From the NCBI GenBank assembly GCA_000004985.1, contig GG739232.1: a stretch of DNA of 36,293 nucleotides. One strand, written 5' to 3'. Under the pieces are notes generated by a model. It saw only the letters and a list, made by a program, of their open reading frames with translations. It did not search any database and was not told the DNA's origin. Made by a program: the position numbers and the translations under genes. Below are positions 1 through 10,500 of the stretch, one piece after another (within the stretch, counting starts at the first letter, position 1; each line of letters begins with the position of its first letter). The DNA is from Naegleria gruberi (lineage: Eukaryota).

Positions 1-1
1 A

Positions 2-628
2 GCACTTGCCAAAATTCAACATACCAAAAATAGTAATCAAGATGAAAAACCACCTTCCAAATTTGGAAATTTATTACATGAACCACCAAAACAAACCAAA
101 GAAAAAACCAGAGTGAAAACTAACTTTGTACTAACACGCAACGACTATATGGTAACAGCACTAGAAAAAAAAGCAGAAAAAGAAAAACAGAAAAGAAAGA
201 AAGAGGAAGGAAAGACCCTTAGAGAAGCAAAGAAGAAAGCTAAAATCGAAACTCGTGCCCAAAACACCCTATTGAAGAAACAGAAGCAACATGGTGTGGT
301 TTGTTCATGTCATCATGCTTGTGGATCTAATCATACATGTAAATGCAAATTGGCGGGAAAAATGTGTACTATGTATTGTACTTGCCATGCAAAGTGTGCA
401 TATACTATGGATAGAAATCCAACCTCCTCTCCAAGTGCATCATCATCACAAAATATATGCTGCTACTCTGGATGTAAATTTAAAGACGATCATGATGGTA
501 TGGTGACATGTTCGACTTGTAAAAAATTATGCCATTCCAAAACATGTACAATGCCATCAACAGAAACAATCAATGGAAAAGAGATTACCACCATCTTATG
601 TATTGATTGTGGAGAGAAAGAGCCATGA
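2..628 (+). CDS. C-terminal portion (5'-truncated at window start) of a Lys-rich protein ending in a 9-Cys CXC-type cluster (tesmin/E(z)-like spacing) plus a second Cys-rich tail. Stop TGA at 626-628.
   Basis: I translated frame 2 from nt 2 and found no stop before 626-628. The track's 'start' at 113 is an internal GTG (Val) of the same frame. The protein has a basic stretch (KKAEKEKQKRKKEEGKTLREAKKKAK) followed by CSCHHACGSNHTCKCKLAGKMCTMYCTCHAKC. That is CxC-x3-C-x5-CxC-x6-C-x3-CxC-x3-C, and the CxC-x6-C-x3-CxC core matches Zn3Cys9 CXC domains. Family assignment is inference only. Confidence 0.55.
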   Translation, partial: ALAKIQHTKNSNQDEKPPSKFGNLLHEPPKQTKEKTRVKTNFVLTRNDYMVTALEKKAEKEKQKRKKEEGKTLREAKKKAKIETRAQNTLLKKQKQHGVVCSCHHACGSNHTCKCKLAGKMCTMYCTCHAKCAYTMDRNPTSSPSASSSQNICCYSGCKFKDDHDGMVTCSTCKKLCHSKTCTMPSTETINGKEITTILCIDCGEKEP

Positions 629-646
629 CTTCCCAATGACATTTCA

Positions 647-652
647 AATAAA
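647..652 (+). promoter_or_regulatory. AATAAA polyadenylation signal about 19 nt after the stop of the 2..628 CDS
   Basis: The hexamer aataaa is seen in 'atttcaaataaatcaac' directly downstream of TGA 626-628. This fits a short eukaryotic 3'UTR. Confidence 0.45.
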
Positions 653-674
653 TCAACAATTTATTGCTACACCA

Positions 675-703
675 GTGATCGGAATTTGAATGTGATCGGA
701 ATT
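675..703. repeat. Perfect 12-bp direct repeat gtgatcggaatt (675-686 and 692-703) separated by 5 nt, in the convergent 3' intergenic region
   Basis: Seen directly: 'aGTGATCGGAATTtgaatGTGATCGGAATTaaatt'. Confidence 0.6.
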
Positions 704-920
704 AAATTATTTTGCCCTAGATGATATTATTTCAACAACATACGCTTTGATGCAAAGAGACTGAAAGCTGGTCCCGCTGTGCCAAAACCAATCACAGCTA
801 TTTTCATTTTTTTAAAATTAATTTTGATGTGTAATCTGGAGTGGAAGTATTGACATTATGATAATATTATTGAACTTGGTTCAATGTTTAAATTTTGATT
901 GAATTACAATATAATAAAAT

Positions 921-1524
921 TTACTTTCTCATTAACTTTTTCAATAATCTGTAAATACTTGGAGTAATAGCCAAAGTAACAGCCATTCTCAAAGGTTCAG
1001 TAAATTTAGTCAAAACCCAAGCAACACCGGCATTGGCATACATTTCTGATTTATCCAAATCAGACATGTCAATAAGCTTATCAAGTCCACTACTATGCAA
1101 CCATTGTAAAACATCCTTAGTTGCGAAAACTCCTTGTTGTAATAAGAGGAAAATTGTACCTAAAACCAAAAAGTAAATACCAAAATAAATTACAATACCC
1201 AAAGCACCGTATTGCTTGACAAATCTCTTAATCTTGGCAAATACTGTTTCTTGGGATCTGATTTCTTGTTCAGTTGTTTGTAAAACGTATAATTCTTGAT
1301 TTGGTGACATTTTAACATTTAATTTCTTTCCAATATCTTCCCTTGTTGGCTTTGGTTCGAATGGAATTTTATGAATAATTCCTTTATAATCAGCTTGCAT
1401 TTCTCTAATTTCATCACCAACAACTGGTTGTCTATCAATTCTACAAACAATTTCATTATCCTCTACTGGATCTCCTTCAACTTTTAACCATTCAATAATA
1501 ACATTGGAATTTTTTACAACATCT
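921..1524 (-). CDS. DUF1279/FAM210-family (mitochondrial membrane) protein. 3' end complete (stop at 921-923). 5' end continues into the N gap.
   Basis: The track ORF 921..1400 translates to ...KRFVKQYGALGIVIYFGIYFLVLGTIFLLLQQG...AGVAWVLTKFTEPLRMAVTLAITPSIYRLLKKL. It has a predicted TM helix after a conserved YG and a 'T(K)..EP.R...TL.iTP' tail, as in DUF1279 from memory. My manual translation of 1401..1524 in the same minus frame gives DVVKNSNVIIEWLKVEGDPVEDNEIVCRIDRQPVVGDEIRE with no stop codon. The ORF is therefore open up to the gap edge and ATG 1398-1400 need not be the true start. Confidence 0.6.
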
Positions 1525-4500
1525 NNNNNNNNNNNNNNNNNNNNNNNNNNNNNNNNNNNNNNNNNNNNNNNNNNNNNNNNNNNNNNNNNNNNNNNNNNNN
1601 NNNNNNNNNNNNNNNNNNNNNNNNNNNNNNNNNNNNNNNNNNNNNNNNNNNNNNNNNNNNNNNNNNNNNNNNNNNNNNNNNNNNNNNNNNNNNNNNNNNN
1701 NNNNNNNNNNNNNNNNNNNNNNNNNNNNNNNNNNNNNNNNNNNNNNNNNNNNNNNNNNNNNNNNNNNNNNNNNNNNNNNNNNNNNNNNNNNNNNNNNNNN
1801 NNNNNNNNNNNNNNNNNNNNNNNNNNNNNNNNNNNNNNNNNNNNNNNNNNNNNNNNNNNNNNNNNNNNNNNNNNNNNNNNNNNNNNNNNNNNNNNNNNNN
1901 NNNNNNNNNNNNNNNNNNNNNNNNNNNNNNNNNNNNNNNNNNNNNNNNNNNNNNNNNNNNNNNNNNNNNNNNNNNNNNNNNNNNNNNNNNNNNNNNNNNN
2001 NNNNNNNNNNNNNNNNNNNNNNNNNNNNNNNNNNNNNNNNNNNNNNNNNNNNNNNNNNNNNNNNNNNNNNNNNNNNNNNNNNNNNNNNNNNNNNNNNNNN
2101 NNNNNNNNNNNNNNNNNNNNNNNNNNNNNNNNNNNNNNNNNNNNNNNNNNNNNNNNNNNNNNNNNNNNNNNNNNNNNNNNNNNNNNNNNNNNNNNNNNNN
2201 NNNNNNNNNNNNNNNNNNNNNNNNNNNNNNNNNNNNNNNNNNNNNNNNNNNNNNNNNNNNNNNNNNNNNNNNNNNNNNNNNNNNNNNNNNNNNNNNNNNN
2301 NNNNNNNNNNNNNNNNNNNNNNNNNNNNNNNNNNNNNNNNNNNNNNNNNNNNNNNNNNNNNNNNNNNNNNNNNNNNNNNNNNNNNNNNNNNNNNNNNNNN
2401 NNNNNNNNNNNNNNNNNNNNNNNNNNNNNNNNNNNNNNNNNNNNNNNNNNNNNNNNNNNNNNNNNNNNNNNNNNNNNNNNNNNNNNNNNNNNNNNNNNNN
2501 NNNNNNNNNNNNNNNNNNNNNNNNNNNNNNNNNNNNNNNNNNNNNNNNNNNNNNNNNNNNNNNNNNNNNNNNNNNNNNNNNNNNNNNNNNNNNNNNNNNN
2601 NNNNNNNNNNNNNNNNNNNNNNNNNNNNNNNNNNNNNNNNNNNNNNNNNNNNNNNNNNNNNNNNNNNNNNNNNNNNNNNNNNNNNNNNNNNNNNNNNNNN
2701 NNNNNNNNNNNNNNNNNNNNNNNNNNNNNNNNNNNNNNNNNNNNNNNNNNNNNNNNNNNNNNNNNNNNNNNNNNNNNNNNNNNNNNNNNNNNNNNNNNNN
2801 NNNNNNNNNNNNNNNNNNNNNNNNNNNNNNNNNNNNNNNNNNNNNNNNNNNNNNNNNNNNNNNNNNNNNNNNNNNNNNNNNNNNNNNNNNNNNNNNNNNN
2901 NNNNNNNNNNNNNNNNNNNNNNNNNNNNNNNNNNNNNNNNNNNNNNNNNNNNNNNNNNNNNNNNNNNNNNNNNNNNNNNNNNNNNNNNNNNNNNNNNNNN
3001 NNNNNNNNNNNNNNNNNNNNNNNNNNNNNNNNNNNNNNNNNNNNNNNNNNNNNNNNNNNNNNNNNNNNNNNNNNNNNNNNNNNNNNNNNNNNNNNNNNNN
3101 NNNNNNNNNNNNNNNNNNNNNNNNNNNNNNNNNNNNNNNNNNNNNNNNNNNNNNNNNNNNNNNNNNNNNNNNNNNNNNNNNNNNNNNNNNNNNNNNNNNN
3201 NNNNNNNNNNNNNNNNNNNNNNNNNNNNNNNNNNNNNNNNNNNNNNNNNNNNNNNNNNNNNNNNNNNNNNNNNNNNNNNNNNNNNNNNNNNNNNNNNNNN
3301 NNNNNNNNNNNNNNNNNNNNNNNNNNNNNNNNNNNNNNNNNNNNNNNNNNNNNNNNNNNNNNNNNNNNNNNNNNNNNNNNNNNNNNNNNNNNNNNNNNNN
3401 NNNNNNNNNNNNNNNNNNNNNNNNNNNNNNNNNNNNNNNNNNNNNNNNNNNNNNNNNNNNNNNNNNNNNNNNNNNNNNNNNNNNNNNNNNNNNNNNNNNN
3501 NNNNNNNNNNNNNNNNNNNNNNNNNNNNNNNNNNNNNNNNNNNNNNNNNNNNNNNNNNNNNNNNNNNNNNNNNNNNNNNNNNNNNNNNNNNNNNNNNNNN
3601 NNNNNNNNNNNNNNNNNNNNNNNNNNNNNNNNNNNNNNNNNNNNNNNNNNNNNNNNNNNNNNNNNNNNNNNNNNNNNNNNNNNNNNNNNNNNNNNNNNNN
3701 NNNNNNNNNNNNNNNNNNNNNNNNNNNNNNNNNNNNNNNNNNNNNNNNNNNNNNNNNNNNNNNNNNNNNNNNNNNNNNNNNNNNNNNNNNNNNNNNNNNN
3801 NNNNNNNNNNNNNNNNNNNNNNNNNNNNNNNNNNNNNNNNNNNNNNNNNNNNNNNNNNNNNNNNNNNNNNNNNNNNNNNNNNNNNNNNNNNNNNNNNNNN
3901 NNNNNNNNNNNNNNNNNNNNNNNNNNNNNNNNNNNNNNNNNNNNNNNNNNNNNNNNNNNNNNNNNNNNNNNNNNNNNNNNNNNNNNNNNNNNNNNNNNNN
4001 NNNNNNNNNNNNNNNNNNNNNNNNNNNNNNNNNNNNNNNNNNNNNNNNNNNNNNNNNNNNNNNNNNNNNNNNNNNNNNNNNNNNNNNNNNNNNNNNNNNN
4101 NNNNNNNNNNNNNNNNNNNNNNNNNNNNNNNNNNNNNNNNNNNNNNNNNNNNNNNNNNNNNNNNNNNNNNNNNNNNNNNNNNNNNNNNNNNNNNNNNNNN
4201 NNNNNNNNNNNNNNNNNNNNNNNNNNNNNNNNNNNNNNNNNNNNNNNNNNNNNNNNNNNNNNNNNNNNNNNNNNNNNNNNNNNNNNNNNNNNNNNNNNNN
4301 NNNNNNNNNNNNNNNNNNNNNNNNNNNNNNNNNNNNNNNNNNNNNNNNNNNNNNNNNNNNNNNNNNNNNNNNNNNNNNNNNNNNNNNNNNNNNNNNNNNN
4401 NNNNNNNNNNNNNNNNNNNNNNNNNNNNNNNNNNNNNNNNNNNNNNNNNNNNNNNNNNNNNNNNNNNNNNNNNNNNNNNNNNNNNNNNNNNNNNNNNNNN

Positions 4501-7500
4501 NNNNNNNNNNNNNNNNNNNNNNNNNNNNNNNNNNNNNNNNNNNNNNNNNNNNNNNNNNNNNNNNNNNNNNNNNNNNNNNNNNNNNNNNNNNNNNNNNNNN
4601 NNNNNNNNNNNNNNNNNNNNNNNNNNNNNNNNNNNNNNNNNNNNNNNNNNNNNNNNNNNNNNNNNNNNNNNNNNNNNNNNNNNNNNNNNNNNNNNNNNNN
4701 NNNNNNNNNNNNNNNNNNNNNNNNNNNNNNNNNNNNNNNNNNNNNNNNNNNNNNNNNNNNNNNNNNNNNNNNNNNNNNNNNNNNNNNNNNNNNNNNNNNN
4801 NNNNNNNNNNNNNNNNNNNNNNNNNNNNNNNNNNNNNNNNNNNNNNNNNNNNNNNNNNNNNNNNNNNNNNNNNNNNNNNNNNNNNNNNNNNNNNNNNNNN
4901 NNNNNNNNNNNNNNNNNNNNNNNNNNNNNNNNNNNNNNNNNNNNNNNNNNNNNNNNNNNNNNNNNNNNNNNNNNNNNNNNNNNNNNNNNNNNNNNNNNNN
5001 NNNNNNNNNNNNNNNNNNNNNNNNNNNNNNNNNNNNNNNNNNNNNNNNNNNNNNNNNNNNNNNNNNNNNNNNNNNNNNNNNNNNNNNNNNNNNNNNNNNN
5101 NNNNNNNNNNNNNNNNNNNNNNNNNNNNNNNNNNNNNNNNNNNNNNNNNNNNNNNNNNNNNNNNNNNNNNNNNNNNNNNNNNNNNNNNNNNNNNNNNNNN
5201 NNNNNNNNNNNNNNNNNNNNNNNNNNNNNNNNNNNNNNNNNNNNNNNNNNNNNNNNNNNNNNNNNNNNNNNNNNNNNNNNNNNNNNNNNNNNNNNNNNNN
5301 NNNNNNNNNNNNNNNNNNNNNNNNNNNNNNNNNNNNNNNNNNNNNNNNNNNNNNNNNNNNNNNNNNNNNNNNNNNNNNNNNNNNNNNNNNNNNNNNNNNN
5401 NNNNNNNNNNNNNNNNNNNNNNNNNNNNNNNNNNNNNNNNNNNNNNNNNNNNNNNNNNNNNNNNNNNNNNNNNNNNNNNNNNNNNNNNNNNNNNNNNNNN
5501 NNNNNNNNNNNNNNNNNNNNNNNNNNNNNNNNNNNNNNNNNNNNNNNNNNNNNNNNNNNNNNNNNNNNNNNNNNNNNNNNNNNNNNNNNNNNNNNNNNNN
5601 NNNNNNNNNNNNNNNNNNNNNNNNNNNNNNNNNNNNNNNNNNNNNNNNNNNNNNNNNNNNNNNNNNNNNNNNNNNNNNNNNNNNNNNNNNNNNNNNNNNN
5701 NNNNNNNNNNNNNNNNNNNNNNNNNNNNNNNNNNNNNNNNNNNNNNNNNNNNNNNNNNNNNNNNNNNNNNNNNNNNNNNNNNNNNNNNNNNNNNNNNNNN
5801 NNNNNNNNNNNNNNNNNNNNNNNNNNNNNNNNNNNNNNNNNNNNNNNNNNNNNNNNNNNNNNNNNNNNNNNNNNNNNNNNNNNNNNNNNNNNNNNNNNNN
5901 NNNNNNNNNNNNNNNNNNNNNNNNNNNNNNNNNNNNNNNNNNNNNNNNNNNNNNNNNNNNNNNNNNNNNNNNNNNNNNNNNNNNNNNNNNNNNNNNNNNN
6001 NNNNNNNNNNNNNNNNNNNNNNNNNNNNNNNNNNNNNNNNNNNNNNNNNNNNNNNNNNNNNNNNNNNNNNNNNNNNNNNNNNNNNNNNNNNNNNNNNNNN
6101 NNNNNNNNNNNNNNNNNNNNNNNNNNNNNNNNNNNNNNNNNNNNNNNNNNNNNNNNNNNNNNNNNNNNNNNNNNNNNNNNNNNNNNNNNNNNNNNNNNNN
6201 NNNNNNNNNNNNNNNNNNNNNNNNNNNNNNNNNNNNNNNNNNNNNNNNNNNNNNNNNNNNNNNNNNNNNNNNNNNNNNNNNNNNNNNNNNNNNNNNNNNN
6301 NNNNNNNNNNNNNNNNNNNNNNNNNNNNNNNNNNNNNNNNNNNNNNNNNNNNNNNNNNNNNNNNNNNNNNNNNNNNNNNNNNNNNNNNNNNNNNNNNNNN
6401 NNNNNNNNNNNNNNNNNNNNNNNNNNNNNNNNNNNNNNNNNNNNNNNNNNNNNNNNNNNNNNNNNNNNNNNNNNNNNNNNNNNNNNNNNNNNNNNNNNNN
6501 NNNNNNNNNNNNNNNNNNNNNNNNNNNNNNNNNNNNNNNNNNNNNNNNNNNNNNNNNNNNNNNNNNNNNNNNNNNNNNNNNNNNNNNNNNNNNNNNNNNN
6601 NNNNNNNNNNNNNNNNNNNNNNNNNNNNNNNNNNNNNNNNNNNNNNNNNNNNNNNNNNNNNNNNNNNNNNNNNNNNNNNNNNNNNNNNNNNNNNNNNNNN
6701 NNNNNNNNNNNNNNNNNNNNNNNNNNNNNNNNNNNNNNNNNNNNNNNNNNNNNNNNNNNNNNNNNNNNNNNNNNNNNNNNNNNNNNNNNNNNNNNNNNNN
6801 NNNNNNNNNNNNNNNNNNNNNNNNNNNNNNNNNNNNNNNNNNNNNNNNNNNNNNNNNNNNNNNNNNNNNNNNNNNNNNNNNNNNNNNNNNNNNNNNNNNN
6901 NNNNNNNNNNNNNNNNNNNNNNNNNNNNNNNNNNNNNNNNNNNNNNNNNNNNNNNNNNNNNNNNNNNNNNNNNNNNNNNNNNNNNNNNNNNNNNNNNNNN
7001 NNNNNNNNNNNNNNNNNNNNNNNNNNNNNNNNNNNNNNNNNNNNNNNNNNNNNNNNNNNNNNNNNNNNNNNNNNNNNNNNNNNNNNNNNNNNNNNNNNNN
7101 NNNNNNNNNNNNNNNNNNNNNNNNNNNNNNNNNNNNNNNNNNNNNNNNNNNNNNNNNNNNNNNNNNNNNNNNNNNNNNNNNNNNNNNNNNNNNNNNNNNN
7201 NNNNNNNNNNNNNNNNNNNNNNNNNNNNNNNNNNNNNNNNNNNNNNNNNNNNNNNNNNNNNNNNNNNNNNNNNNNNNNNNNNNNNNNNNNNNNNNNNNNN
7301 NNNNNNNNNNNNNNNNNNNNNNNNNNNNNNNNNNNNNNNNNNNNNNNNNNNNNNNNNNNNNNNNNNNNNNNNNNNNNNNNNNNNNNNNNNNNNNNNNNNN
7401 NNNNNNNNNNNNNNNNNNNNNNNNNNNNNNNNNNNNNNNNNNNNNNNNNNNNNNNNNNNNNNNNNNNNNNNNNNNNNNNNNNNNNNNNNNNNNNNNNNNN

Positions 7501-10500
7501 NNNNNNNNNNNNNNNNNNNNNNNNNNNNNNNNNNNNNNNNNNNNNNNNNNNNNNNNNNNNNNNNNNNNNNNNNNNNNNNNNNNNNNNNNNNNNNNNNNNN
7601 NNNNNNNNNNNNNNNNNNNNNNNNNNNNNNNNNNNNNNNNNNNNNNNNNNNNNNNNNNNNNNNNNNNNNNNNNNNNNNNNNNNNNNNNNNNNNNNNNNNN
7701 NNNNNNNNNNNNNNNNNNNNNNNNNNNNNNNNNNNNNNNNNNNNNNNNNNNNNNNNNNNNNNNNNNNNNNNNNNNNNNNNNNNNNNNNNNNNNNNNNNNN
7801 NNNNNNNNNNNNNNNNNNNNNNNNNNNNNNNNNNNNNNNNNNNNNNNNNNNNNNNNNNNNNNNNNNNNNNNNNNNNNNNNNNNNNNNNNNNNNNNNNNNN
7901 NNNNNNNNNNNNNNNNNNNNNNNNNNNNNNNNNNNNNNNNNNNNNNNNNNNNNNNNNNNNNNNNNNNNNNNNNNNNNNNNNNNNNNNNNNNNNNNNNNNN
8001 NNNNNNNNNNNNNNNNNNNNNNNNNNNNNNNNNNNNNNNNNNNNNNNNNNNNNNNNNNNNNNNNNNNNNNNNNNNNNNNNNNNNNNNNNNNNNNNNNNNN
8101 NNNNNNNNNNNNNNNNNNNNNNNNNNNNNNNNNNNNNNNNNNNNNNNNNNNNNNNNNNNNNNNNNNNNNNNNNNNNNNNNNNNNNNNNNNNNNNNNNNNN
8201 NNNNNNNNNNNNNNNNNNNNNNNNNNNNNNNNNNNNNNNNNNNNNNNNNNNNNNNNNNNNNNNNNNNNNNNNNNNNNNNNNNNNNNNNNNNNNNNNNNNN
8301 NNNNNNNNNNNNNNNNNNNNNNNNNNNNNNNNNNNNNNNNNNNNNNNNNNNNNNNNNNNNNNNNNNNNNNNNNNNNNNNNNNNNNNNNNNNNNNNNNNNN
8401 NNNNNNNNNNNNNNNNNNNNNNNNNNNNNNNNNNNNNNNNNNNNNNNNNNNNNNNNNNNNNNNNNNNNNNNNNNNNNNNNNNNNNNNNNNNNNNNNNNNN
8501 NNNNNNNNNNNNNNNNNNNNNNNNNNNNNNNNNNNNNNNNNNNNNNNNNNNNNNNNNNNNNNNNNNNNNNNNNNNNNNNNNNNNNNNNNNNNNNNNNNNN
8601 NNNNNNNNNNNNNNNNNNNNNNNNNNNNNNNNNNNNNNNNNNNNNNNNNNNNNNNNNNNNNNNNNNNNNNNNNNNNNNNNNNNNNNNNNNNNNNNNNNNN
8701 NNNNNNNNNNNNNNNNNNNNNNNNNNNNNNNNNNNNNNNNNNNNNNNNNNNNNNNNNNNNNNNNNNNNNNNNNNNNNNNNNNNNNNNNNNNNNNNNNNNN
8801 NNNNNNNNNNNNNNNNNNNNNNNNNNNNNNNNNNNNNNNNNNNNNNNNNNNNNNNNNNNNNNNNNNNNNNNNNNNNNNNNNNNNNNNNNNNNNNNNNNNN
8901 NNNNNNNNNNNNNNNNNNNNNNNNNNNNNNNNNNNNNNNNNNNNNNNNNNNNNNNNNNNNNNNNNNNNNNNNNNNNNNNNNNNNNNNNNNNNNNNNNNNN
9001 NNNNNNNNNNNNNNNNNNNNNNNNNNNNNNNNNNNNNNNNNNNNNNNNNNNNNNNNNNNNNNNNNNNNNNNNNNNNNNNNNNNNNNNNNNNNNNNNNNNN
9101 NNNNNNNNNNNNNNNNNNNNNNNNNNNNNNNNNNNNNNNNNNNNNNNNNNNNNNNNNNNNNNNNNNNNNNNNNNNNNNNNNNNNNNNNNNNNNNNNNNNN
9201 NNNNNNNNNNNNNNNNNNNNNNNNNNNNNNNNNNNNNNNNNNNNNNNNNNNNNNNNNNNNNNNNNNNNNNNNNNNNNNNNNNNNNNNNNNNNNNNNNNNN
9301 NNNNNNNNNNNNNNNNNNNNNNNNNNNNNNNNNNNNNNNNNNNNNNNNNNNNNNNNNNNNNNNNNNNNNNNNNNNNNNNNNNNNNNNNNNNNNNNNNNNN
9401 NNNNNNNNNNNNNNNNNNNNNNNNNNNNNNNNNNNNNNNNNNNNNNNNNNNNNNNNNNNNNNNNNNNNNNNNNNNNNNNNNNNNNNNNNNNNNNNNNNNN
9501 NNNNNNNNNNNNNNNNNNNNNNNNNNNNNNNNNNNNNNNNNNNNNNNNNNNNNNNNNNNNNNNNNNNNNNNNNNNNNNNNNNNNNNNNNNNNNNNNNNNN
9601 NNNNNNNNNNNNNNNNNNNNNNNNNNNNNNNNNNNNNNNNNNNNNNNNNNNNNNNNNNNNNNNNNNNNNNNNNNNNNNNNNNNNNNNNNNNNNNNNNNNN
9701 NNNNNNNNNNNNNNNNNNNNNNNNNNNNNNNNNNNNNNNNNNNNNNNNNNNNNNNNNNNNNNNNNNNNNNNNNNNNNNNNNNNNNNNNNNNNNNNNNNNN
9801 NNNNNNNNNNNNNNNNNNNNNNNNNNNNNNNNNNNNNNNNNNNNNNNNNNNNNNNNNNNNNNNNNNNNNNNNNNNNNNNNNNNNNNNNNNNNNNNNNNNN
9901 NNNNNNNNNNNNNNNNNNNNNNNNNNNNNNNNNNNNNNNNNNNNNNNNNNNNNNNNNNNNNNNNNNNNNNNNNNNNNNNNNNNNNNNNNNNNNNNNNNNN
10001 NNNNNNNNNNNNNNNNNNNNNNNNNNNNNNNNNNNNNNNNNNNNNNNNNNNNNNNNNNNNNNNNNNNNNNNNNNNNNNNNNNNNNNNNNNNNNNNNNNNN
10101 NNNNNNNNNNNNNNNNNNNNNNNNNNNNNNNNNNNNNNNNNNNNNNNNNNNNNNNNNNNNNNNNNNNNNNNNNNNNNNNNNNNNNNNNNNNNNNNNNNNN
10201 NNNNNNNNNNNNNNNNNNNNNNNNNNNNNNNNNNNNNNNNNNNNNNNNNNNNNNNNNNNNNNNNNNNNNNNNNNNNNNNNNNNNNNNNNNNNNNNNNNNN
10301 NNNNNNNNNNNNNNNNNNNNNNNNNNNNNNNNNNNNNNNNNNNNNNNNNNNNNNNNNNNNNNNNNNNNNNNNNNNNNNNNNNNNNNNNNNNNNNNNNNNN
10401 NNNNNNNNNNNNNNNNNNNNNNNNNNNNNNNNNNNNNNNNNNNNNNNNNNNNNNNNNNNNNNNNNNNNNNNNNNNNNNNNNNNNNNNNNNNNNNNNNNNN

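Noticed and set aside
291-506. 71-aa plus-strand ORF
   Set aside because: It lies entirely inside the better-supported frame-2 CDS (2..628) in another frame. It has an odd composition and is probably spurious.
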